Assembly (NCBI GenBank): GCA_963718045.1
Contig: OY970350.1
Span: forward strand, 120,001 to 152,000
Source: Candidatus Saccharimonadota bacterium
GTDB lineage: Bacteria > Patescibacteriota > Saccharimonadia > Saccharimonadales > UBA4665
Direction: 5' to 3'
DNA length: 32,000 nucleotides
The notes beneath the pieces are model-generated. The model was not told the DNA's origin and made no database searches. It saw only the letters and a program-made list of their open reading frames with translations. Each line of letters opens with the position of its first letter. The stretch's first letter is position 1. Below, one piece after another: positions 19,878 through 27,880 of the stretch. Position numbers and translations under genes: made by a program.

Positions 19878-20161
19878 TCAACGAGCGCAACCCTTATGTT
19901 TAGTTGAATTTTTCTAAACAGACTGCCCTGGTAACAGGGAGGAAGGAGGGGATGATGTCAGGTCCGTATCTCCCTTACGTCTGGGGCCACAGACACGCTA
20001 CAATGGCCGATACAAAGGGCAGCCAAGTCGCGAGACGGAGCTAATCCCATCAAAATCGGTCTCAGTTCGGATAGTAGGCTGAAACTCGCCTGCTTGAAGC
20101 TGGAATCGCTAGTAACGGTAAGTCAGCATATTACCGTGAATACGTTCCCGGGTCTTGTACA

Positions 20162-20568
20162 AAATAAATGCGCCTGGCAGTGCATTGGACTAGATGGTGT
20201 AAATCCATCCTTAGTAGCTGCGAGCAGGACATCTTTGGCAACAAAATGTCTGAAGGGCTCTACATGCGAAGAATAGCCTTTACAGATTGATGACAACAAT
20301 CAAGTGGCTCTTTCGACTCTACTAACGTGTACGTAGGGGAAGAAAGCTAGATAAGCCGGTAAGGAATGTTTGAAATAGCCCAGTGTATAACCCAGGGAGA
20401 TCCTCATAACGAGTGTAATCAGTGTGGTTATGAGGAAGTCAGCTGAGTTCATAGTACCTTTATCTAAAGGGAAGGAACGAACTTTATGTCTAACAAAACA
20501 TAAAGACTCGCTGGATGCGTTAGACGCGCACGTCCAGTGGGGAGTACCCGAGATTACCGGAGTACAGT
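20162..20568 (+). other. 407-nt ORF-less insertion in 16S after E. coli position A1396; class unresolved
   Basis: The universal block CTTGTACA|CACCGCCCGTCA is interrupted. The junction is unambiguous. No group I core blocks are seen. Several perfect hairpins are present (20402-20410/20427-20435 and 20482-20489/20498-20505). Confidence 0.8.
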
Positions 20569-20655
20569 CACCGCCCGTCAAATCATGAAAGTCGCCAATA
20601 CCCGACGTGTAAGCTTTGTCTTGCCCTAAGGTAGGGGAGATGATTGGGATTAAGT

Positions 20656-21469
20656 TTAACGGCTTCTTATGCGAGTAATTGCATATGCCTATCCAACTAT
20701 ATCGGTGAACTCCTATTGCATCTCAAGCTATAATGCGTAGTAGATATGCAAGGACAATACCGAGGGAAGTTGGGCTAGAAACTAAAATGGCACACACAAG
20801 AGCAGCTAATTACCTGAAAACTATACAACTACTAGCTTTTGAGAAGGAAGTAGCTACAGCATGTTTAATAGGTGATGGCACGCTCGTAAAGTCTGGCAAA
20901 CAATATCGACTTAGGATTAGTCATACTATTCGTCACAGTGACTATGTACGCTGGAAGTATCATTTACTTCAGCGTATATGCGTTACCGCTCCACAGTATG
21001 TCTCAATGACTTCGTCGCTTCGATTTGGTACAGTAGGTCATCCAGATTTGTCAGAGATGCGACATCAGTGGTATGAAAACGGAGTAAAACATATTCCATC
21101 AAGTTTTCAATTAACGCCATTGATGATTGCAGTCTGGTTTATGGATGATGGCTGCAAACATAGCAAGACAGTAGATTTCTCAGTACATTGCTTTTCCGTA
21201 AAGAGCATTAATATCCTACAGAGAGCTTTGTCAGAATTCGATATTGCTACAACCATTAACTTCGACGGAAAAGGAAGTAGGTTATATGTCAGACAAAATA
21301 GCTATTTTAAGTTCAAAGAACTTGTTAAACCATACATACAACCATGTATGGCATACAAGTTGCCCTAACCCCGTAGAGGCCATACGTTGGCTCCATCGAA
21401 AGGTGGATGAAGATATGGTCCGACACCCTTAGTAATAAGGGGTCTTAGAGAATAAGACGCAACAGTAAG
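20656..21469 (+). mobile_element. Group I-like intron in 16S after U1495, carrying a homing-endonuclease ORF (family 2)
   Basis: It interrupts GATTAAGT|CGTAACAAGG. The 5' exon ends in U and the insert ends in G. It shares the blocks AATACCG.GGGAAGT (20753-20771) and AAGATATGGTCC (21410-21421) with 23S introns D and E. Confidence 0.8.
20733..21368 (+). CDS. LAGLIDADG homing endonuclease, two-motif type (intron-encoded)
   Basis: Motifs TACLIGDGTL and IAVWFMDDGCK. The ORF lies wholly inside the 16S intron. The true start may be the ATG at 20787, downstream of an intron core block. Confidence 0.85.
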   Translation: MRSRYARTIPREVGLETKMAHTRAANYLKTIQLLAFEKEVATACLIGDGTLVKSGKQYRLRISHTIRHSDYVRWKYHLLQRICVTAPQYVSMTSSLRFGTVGHPDLSEMRHQWYENGVKHIPSSFQLTPLMIAVWFMDDGCKHSKTVDFSVHCFSVKSINILQRALSEFDIATTINFDGKGSRLYVRQNSYFKFKELVKPYIQPCMAYKLP

Positions 21470-21686
21470 CGTAACAAGGTATCCGTACGGGAACGTGCGG
21501 ATGGATTACCTCCTTTCTAGGGAGTAAAACTAGCAATCAGTTGAGCAATCTCTGATCAGCTAGGTCGATCTCGATAAGTTGTTTATTTCAGTACTGACAA
21601 CTTATATAGCTAAGATTTATCTTAGACGAGACATCAGTTCTGAGCTAACGAACAACGTTGAAATGCACTACCAAGTTGTTAAATAG

Positions 21687-21720
21687 AAAAGAGCTCCGAT
21701 TTACCGAAGCTCTTTTTTTA
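21687..21720. terminator. Bidirectional intrinsic terminator between 16S (+) and tRNA-Ile (-)
   Basis: AAAAGAGCT..(12-nt loop)..AGCTCTTTTTTT: a stem flanked by an A-tract on one side and a T-tract on the other, between convergent transcription units. Confidence 0.6.
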
Positions 21721-21727
21721 TTCCATT

Positions 21728-21804
21728 TGGTGGGCGATGGAGGACTCGAACCACCGACCTCGTCATTATCAGTGACGCGCTCTAACCAGCTGAGCTAATC
21801 GCCC
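21728..21804 (-). tRNA. tRNA-Ile (anticodon GAU), CCA encoded
   Basis: The reverse complement folds as a cloverleaf: acceptor GGGCGAT/ATCGCCC, anticodon arm CGTCA-CTGATAA-TGACG, T-loop TTCGAGT (one U-U mismatch in the T stem). Confidence 0.93.
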
Positions 21805-21817
21805 TTATTTATTCCTA

Positions 21818-21894
21818 TGGTGGAGCATATCGGACTCGAACCGATGACCCCCTGCTTGCAAAGCAGGTGCTCTAGCCAACTGAGCTAATGCCCC
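21818..21894 (-). tRNA. tRNA-Ala (anticodon UGC), CCA encoded
   Basis: The reverse complement folds as a cloverleaf: acceptor GGGGCAT/ATGCTCC with the G3:U70 Ala identity pair, and anticodon arm CCTGC-TTTGCAA-GCAGG. Confidence 0.95.
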
Positions 21895-21930
21895 GAAGCC
21901 AAGGAAGAAACAAACCAAACTACCGGTGTA

Positions 21931-21959
21931 TTTTATCTTAACAGTGCTAGTCATACAAG
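21931..21959 (-). promoter_or_regulatory. Possible promoter for the antisense tRNA pair (TTGTAT-17 nt-TAAAAT on the minus strand)
   Basis: Read from the reverse complement, ~36 nt upstream of the tRNA-Ala 5' end. The -10 hexamer is the same as in the rRNA promoters. Confidence 0.4.
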
Positions 21960-22161
21960 TTTTACTATCTAATCAAAGGTATACTCTAAAAAGAAGGTCT
22001 ATAAGTAAATAATATGAATACAAAAGCAGGGTTCATAAATAGTTGTATATATACCAACATTAGTTACCATGTTACAGATAGAGACTTTATTAACTTATAA
22101 ATTGAATAGTAGAATTACTAAGTATTGTTGGTATCCGTACTGCAAGATAACCGATCTCTTA

Positions 22162-22170
22162 TGATATAAT
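22162..22170 (+). promoter_or_regulatory. Extended -10 element TGATATAAT immediately upstream of the 22181 ORF
   Basis: Exact TGnTATAAT ending 10 nt before the ATG, with no SD between them. This implies a leaderless or near-leaderless mRNA. Confidence 0.4.
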
Positions 22171-22180
22171 CGTTAGCGTT

Positions 22181-22999
22181 ATGCAAAGATACTCAGTATT
22201 GATTATCACTCTATTATCTTTGCCGTTGATGCTTATCGGTCTGGTAAGTACGAATGTTAGTGCCGCATCACCGAACATATCACGATCATATAATTCAACC
22301 ACTTCTATACCTACCGGCAGCATAGTCAGCCTTGTTAGTGACAAATCAGGGTATGTTGAGCCGTCCAATATTGCTAACGGCCAAAAAATGGCTGGAGTAG
22401 TAGTTAACAGCGACGAGTCTCTTCTGGCTGTTAATCCGTCAAGTGGTAAGGTTCAAGTTGCTACCGATGGTAATGTTAATACACTCGTCAGTACTGTTAA
22501 CGGTAATATAATAGCTGGTCAAGAGATAGCTGTGTCACCGTTTAACGGAATTGGTATGATGGCTAGCCCTGGTGACCGAGTTGTAGGTACTGCTCTGACT
22601 AATTTTAATAGTAAAACTTCAGGCGCAGCAGTTGAACAGGTGAGGGATAGTTCTGGCACTAGCCATAATATTACTGTTGGCTACATTAAACTGTCTATTA
22701 GCATTGGGGTGGACAATAATACGGGCAATTCTTCACTACAAGCTATTCAACAGTTCATAGAGAGTTTGACTGGTCACTACGTTTCTACTTTTAGGGTTAT
22801 AGCTGCCATGGGCATATCATTCTTAGCAATTATTTCCATAGTAACGTTGATCTACGCTGCAGTTTACAGCAGCATTATATCCATCGGCCGCAATCCTTTA
22901 GCTAAGTTTGCCGTATTAAGAACACTGACATCTGTAATAGGTATGATAGTGCTAATTGCCGGCGTAGGTTCTCTATCCTTATATCTTCTATTATATTAA
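22181..22999 (+). CDS. Hypothetical secreted/membrane protein (signal peptide, ~190-aa ectodomain, two C-terminal TM helices)
   Basis: N-terminus MQR + hydrophobic core + VSA|AS. The C-terminal hydrophobic segments are VIAAMGISFLAIISIVTLIYAAV and SVIGMIVLIAGVGSLSLYLLLY. I recognise no family. Confidence 0.8.
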   Translation: MQRYSVLIITLLSLPLMLIGLVSTNVSAASPNISRSYNSTTSIPTGSIVSLVSDKSGYVEPSNIANGQKMAGVVVNSDESLLAVNPSSGKVQVATDGNVNTLVSTVNGNIIAGQEIAVSPFNGIGMMASPGDRVVGTALTNFNSKTSGAAVEQVRDSSGTSHNITVGYIKLSISIGVDNNTGNSSLQAIQQFIESLTGHYVSTFRVIAAMGISFLAIISIVTLIYAAVYSSIISIGRNPLAKFAVLRTLTSVIGMIVLIAGVGSLSLYLLLY

Positions 23000-23187
23000 C
23001 AAACCCGAGAATAAGTGGCAGAAATGGACTATTCTTGTGCTTATTTTCTTTTATTTATTGAAGGTGGTTACCAAACAGCAAATATACCATATGCCCCGCT
23101 TAGTCCCTAAAAGTAACCAATCCTAATTAACAAAACCCAGCATATCTTCATCTACCAAACTGTAGCAAGATCAACATCAGATTTAGC

Positions 23188-23216
23188 TTGACCATATCTG
23201 TTAAAATTGCTAAAAT
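23188..23216 (+). promoter_or_regulatory. 23S-5S promoter (TTGACC-17 nt-TAAAAT)
   Basis: Exact duplicate of the 16S promoter core. Confidence 0.7.
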
Positions 23217-23356
23217 GTTCATTGATTGTTTGAGTTTAGGTAGAGCCTTAGGGTTCATGAACAAACCTTAAGTTTCAGTCGTAAACTCAAGCACCTAGAG
23301 AGACTTACTTAAGCGGTGAAGATTCACCTTAAGTTTGGAACGAACGCTGGAGTTTC

Positions 23357-23371
23357 GATCATTAACAATTT
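23357..23371 (+). promoter_or_regulatory. boxA-like element in the 23S leader (GATCATTAACAATTT)
   Basis: Identical to the 16S-leader element. Confidence 0.55.
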
Positions 23372-23379
23372 GGTAAGAT

Positions 23380-23426
23380 AAGCAATTAGACAAACGGCTA
23401 TTGGTTAACACCAATGACCAGTCAAT
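23380..23426 (+). other. 23S processing-stem, 5' half (pairs with 28480-28525)
   Basis: AAGCAATTAGACAAACGGCTATTGG and CCAATGACCAGTCAAT are complementary to CCAATACGTTTGTTATAATTGCTT and ATTGACTGGTCATTTG downstream of 23S. Confidence 0.6.
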
Positions 23427-25382
23427 TGCACTTTTTGTAATACCTCGTTTGAGGTATTGCTAATCGTAAAAAGTTACTCAAGCGCGCACAAAGGATGCCT
23501 TGACGTAAGATACCGACGAAGGACGTGATGAGCTACGAAAAGCTTCGGGGAGCAGCTACATATGCTTTGATCCGAAGATATCCGAATGGGGAAACCTTGA
23601 TAGAGTTATGTCTATCAGCATCTGTCTGAATTCATAGGATGGAGAGCGGTAAGTGGGGGAACTGAAACATCTTAGTACCCCGAGGAATAGAAAATAATCA
23701 ATGATTCCGTAAGTAGTGGCGAGCGAACACGGATCAGCCCAAACCTTAATGACTTTCATCTGGCAATTTGCCAGTTGAATAAGTTGGTAGACGAATGTTT
23801 TTAAGGGGTTGTGACACATAAATTACCGATGTGAAGTTCTGGATCTTCCAGCATTTCATATTGGCTATCAGATGCTACCACCAATCTGAATAAGGTCAGA
23901 AATTTGCGAGGCGAGCAGAAGTGCCTGGAAAGGTACGCCATAGACAGTGACAGCCTGGTATGCCAAGTATCGCAAACCTTATTATTTATGTTTGTCGAGT
24001 AGGTCGGGACACGTGCAACCCTGACTGAAGCTAGGGGGTCCACCCCCTAAGGCTAAATATATCTTACGATCGATAGTGTACAAGTACCGTGAGGGAAAGG
24101 TTAAAAGAACCCCGGAAGGGGAGTGAAATAGACCCTGAAATTGTGTGCGTACAAGGAGTCGGAGCCAGTTTACTGGTGACGGCGTGCTTTTTGTAGAACG
24201 ATCCAGCGAGTTATTTGCTGCTGCAAGCTTAAGGCTTAATGCCGGAGGCGTAGTGAGAGCGAGCCTGAATAGGGCGTAAGTAGTAGTAAATAGACCCGAA
24301 ACCGAGTGACCTAACCATGGGCAGGCTGAAGCGTAGGTAAAACTGCGTGGAGGGCCGAACCGTAGCGAATTGCAAAACGCCCGGATGACCTGTGGTTAGA
24401 GGTGAAATGCCAATCGAACTCGGAGATAGCTGGTTCTCCTCGAAATAGCTTTAGGGCTAGCGTTGTACGGTAGCTGGTAGGGGTAGAGCAATGTTTCGGA
24501 ATGGGGACCGTAAGGTAACCCACCCTTGACAAACTACGAATACTATCAGTGGAACTACGGCAGTCAGAACGGCGGGGCTAAGCTCGTCGCTCGAAAGGGA
24601 AACAGCCCAGACCATCGTCTAAGGTCCCTAAATATATGCTCAGTGGGAAACGAGGTGAGATTTCTTAAACAACGAGGATGTTGGCTTAGAAGCAGCCATT
24701 CATTCAAAGAGTGCGTAACAGCTCACTCGTCAAGAGATCTTGCGCGGAAAATGTAACGGGGCTAAGCATATTACCGAAGACATGGATGTGTATAGCAATA
24801 TATGCGTGGTAGAGGAGCGTTCCTATAACAGTGAAGTTAGATTGTGAGATCTGATGGAGTTTTAGGAAGTGAGAATGCTGGAATGAGTAACGATAAGGCA
24901 GGTGAGAATCCTGCCCACCGAAAGAGCAAGGTTTCCTGGGCCACGATAATCGTCCCAGGGTTAGTCGGTCCTAAGCCGAGGCAATGAAGCGTAGGCGATG
25001 GACAACGGGTTAATATTCCCGTACTAGTGTAGTTTTGTTTTGTAGTGCGCGGCATGTTAGTAGAAGCGGATTTATGGTTATATCCGTCTAAGTAGGAGAA
25101 AAGCCTACTAATGAAAGGACCTTTTGGTTCGATTTCTATGATAGTGCTGACTAGAAAAGCTATTAAACGCATGGACTATACTATCCGTACCGCAAACCGA
25201 CACAGGTGCTCAGGTCGAGTAGACCAAGGTGTACGAGTGATTCTTCGTCAAGGAACTCGGCAAACAAGCGGCCGTAACTTCGGAATAAGGCCTGCCCTCT
25301 TTTAGAGGGCCACAGCTAAGGAACCCATGCAACTGTTTACCAAAAACACAGGTCTCTGCTAACACGAAAGTGGATGTATAGG

Positions 25383-25415
<33 letters not shown>

Positions 25416-25467
25416 TGAGAGGTTTACGCCTCGAACTGAAGCCCCGGTGAACGGCGGCCCTAACTAT

Positions 25468-25711
25468 TGACATACTAGTAGTTATAAAACTTGGCTATTT
25501 GCTGGAAACTCTCGCTAGGCTGATATGCCCAAACAGTAATCCGAAAGAATAAACTGAGTGGCTTAAAGAATATCAGATAGAGACAATCAGCAGGAAAGAC
25601 TCCTACGTTTCGTTATGAAATATGGAGAATCCTCAGAGACTATACGCCAGGCTCACTCATAGTGAGATGATATAGTCCGCTCTACATGGAGACATGTAGC
25701 TAACATTAAGG
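25468..25711 (+). mobile_element. Group I intron A at 23S L1917 (helix 69), 244 nt, no ORF (family 1)
   Basis: It interrupts CTAACTAT|AAGGGTCCT, with U before the insert and G as its last nt. Core blocks: TTGCTGGAAACT (P-like, 25499-25510), AATCAGCAGG (Q, 25585-25594), TCCTCAGAGACTATACG (R, 25630-25646) and ATGATATAGTCC (S, 25667-25678). Confidence 0.85.
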
Positions 25712-25725
25712 AAGGGTCCTAAGGT

Positions 25726-26538
25726 AGAGTGCTGCCTTAGTGGGATGAAAGATCCCCTCCTAGTTCACCTCAGCCATTGAGGTTTTAAGGAGAAAATTTG
25801 GCTATATGCTGGAAACTCCGTGCCTTTTTAAAAGGCTCTAGTATCTTGCACTACCTTGTGATAAGCTACTAGGTTTTACTGATTATGGTAAAGCCTATGT
25901 AAGTGGAAACGAGGTAACAAAGTGACAAGTGCGGACAATCAGCAGGAAAGACTAGTTAAAAACATAGGATGGATTGTAGGTTTTGTAGACGGCGAAGGCT
26001 GTTTTTCTATAGGGTTTGTTAAACAACCCAATAGAATAAATCGCATCGGCTATAAAACTGGCTATCAAGTCGTACATAGGTTTGTAGTGACGCAAGGTGT
26101 TAAAAGTATCTCCTGTATCGAGGACATGCAAAAGTTCTTCGGTGTAGGCAGGATATCTATAAACAAGCGTCATGACAATCATAAAGAAGATCTAGCCCAA
26201 TATATTGTTAATAGTCGAACAGATTTGCTCGAAACAATAATTCCATTTTTTGAGCAAAATAAACTTCAGACTTCAAAACAATATGACTTTGAGCAGTTCG
26301 CTAAATGCATACGAAAGATAGAAAATGGTGATCATTTAACTATAAATGGGCTGATCGAAATAATTGAGATCGCTCAAACTATGAATCACCGTAGATCCAG
26401 ACTTGCAATAATTAGAATCCTCAGAGACTATACGCCAAACCTTGTGAATAACAGGGAAGATATAGTCCCATCTGCATAGCGATATGCAGGTTCGGTAACA
26501 GCGAACGTCTACTTGACAAAAGTAGGTAAAGATGTTAG
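25726..26538 (+). mobile_element. Group I intron B at 23S L1931, 813 nt, with homing-endonuclease ORF (family 1)
   Basis: It interrupts AAGGT|AGCGAAATT, with U before and G last. Core blocks: P-like ATGCTGGAAACT (~25808), Q 25937-25946, R 26418-26434, S 26457-26468. Confidence 0.85.
25922..26479 (+). CDS. LAGLIDADG homing endonuclease, single-motif (homodimer-type), intron-encoded
   Basis: Motif IGWIVGFVDGEGCF plus a typical C-terminal region (IIPFFEQNKLQTSKQYDFEQF..HLT..GL..I..I...MN). GTG start with GAGGT 8 nt upstream. Confidence 0.85.
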   Translation: MTSADNQQERLVKNIGWIVGFVDGEGCFSIGFVKQPNRINRIGYKTGYQVVHRFVVTQGVKSISCIEDMQKFFGVGRISINKRHDNHKEDLAQYIVNSRTDLLETIIPFFEQNKLQTSKQYDFEQFAKCIRKIENGDHLTINGLIEIIEIAQTMNHRRSRLAIIRILRDYTPNLVNNREDIVPSA

Positions 26539-26558
26539 AGCGAAATTCCTTGTCAGGT

Positions 26559-26844
26559 AATAACTTGCCTGATTGTGTTGTAAGACACATGCACTTAGGA
26601 GGTAAACATTAAGCGACGTGCGTTAAGTGTGAAACTTGGCTATATGCTGGAAAATCTCTTAAATTCCAACGGGAAACCGGTTGGACTATGGAGACAATCA
26701 GCAGGGAAGGCCTAAGAGTAATCTTAGGAACCCTCAGAGACTACACGCCAAGCCCCATCTATATGGGTGAAGATATAGTCCGATCTCTGCGGTGACGTAG
26801 AGAGCACAAATAGCAGTGCTATAAAAACAAGCAAAAGTTAGATG
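26559..26844 (+). mobile_element. Group I intron C at 23S L1951, 286 nt, no ORF (family 1)
   Basis: It interrupts TGTCAGGT|AAGTTCTGACC, with U before and G last. Core blocks: P-like 26644-26655, Q 26696-26705, R 26732-26747, S 26770-26781. Confidence 0.85.
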
Positions 26845-27432
26845 AAGTTCTGACCCGCACGAATGGCGTAATGATATGGGTACTGTCTCGACGAAGAGCT
26901 CGGTGAAAGTGCATTGACGGTAAAGATGCCGTCTGTCCGCAGCAGGACGAAAAGACCCCGTGCAGCTTAACTATAGTTTGGCATTGAGCCGGGAGTATAC
27001 ATGTGTAGCATAGGTGGGAGACTTTGAAGCTTGGACGCTAGTCCGAGTGGAGTCTTCAGTGAAATACCACCCTTGTATGCTTCTTGTTCTTACTGGGGCC
27101 ACAATTTGTACATAATTTGTTTGTGTATAAATTCTGGCTCCAGGACCGTGTCTGATGGGTAGTTTAACTGGGGCGGTTGCCTCCTAAAGAGTATCGGAGG
27201 CGTTCAAAGGTTAGCTAGGTTCGGATGGAAATCGAATCGATAGTGTATACGCATAAGCTAGCTTGACTGTGAGGGCGACAACCCAAGCAGGGACGAAAGT
27301 CGGAGTAAGTTTTCCGCTGTCTGTACATAGTACAAGAGTGTGGTATCGGCAGCGCTTTCGGATAAAAGTTACGCCGGGGATAACAGGCTTATAGCGCCCA
27401 ATAGTTCACATAGACGGCGCTGTTTGGCACCT

Positions 27433-27723
27433 TAACAAATCGGGGTGCTACGGAAGTAATTCCGTACTAAAAATGTGGCTTATAACGGTGAATCCCGACT
27501 ACTTCAGTGTGATATTTAAGAAGTAAGGGTAATACCGTGGGAAGTCTAGGTTAGTTTAGCTAACTGATGACCCTGTAACGACTGAGTTGAAAAACAAGAT
27601 CTTGAGTTTATCAAGATAATACGCCACCTCCTATCAAATAAAACTAGAGAATGGTTGAGTACCTTAACTCTGGTGGTAGGAAGAAGATATAGTCTACGCC
27701 ATAAGTAATTATGGAATGAAGTA
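27433..27723 (+). mobile_element. Group I-like intron D at 23S L2500 (peptidyl-transferase centre), 291 nt, no ORF (family 2)
   Basis: It interrupts GTTTGGCACCT|CGATGTCGGCTC. It shares ATGTGGCT.ATAACGGTGAA, GGTAATACCGTGGGAAGTC (27528-27546), GACCC.GTAACGACT and AAGATATAGTCT (27684-27695) with intron E. The last intron nt appears to be A rather than G. Confidence 0.75.
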
Positions 27724-27798
27724 CGATGTCGGCTCATCTTATCCTGGGGCTGAAAACGGTCCCAAGGGTCCGGCTGTTCGCCGGTTAAAAAGGTACGT

Positions 27799-27832
<34 letters not shown>

Positions 27833-27880
27833 TTATATCCGCTGTGGACGTTAGGAAATTTGAGAGGATTCGCTTCTAGT

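Larger units (their letters stand above)
23152..23375 (+). repeat. rRNA promoter+leader module, copy 2 (upstream of 23S)
   Basis: Paralog of 18561-18777 (see copy 1). Confidence 0.9.

Noticed and set aside
21244-21432. 62-aa ORF overlapping the 3' end of the 16S-intron endonuclease gene
   Set aside because: It is out of frame with the LAGLIDADG ORF, runs through intron core blocks and has no motif.
21728-21894. Simple inversion of a canonical Ile-Ala spacer as the explanation for the antisense tRNAs
   Set aside because: An inversion would place tRNA-Ala next to 16S, but the observed order has tRNA-Ile next to 16S.
25952-26590. Antisense ORFs (25952-26182, 26336-26590) opposite the 23S-intron endonuclease gene
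   Set aside because: The opposite strand carries a clear LAGLIDADG ORF, and these have no recognisable features.
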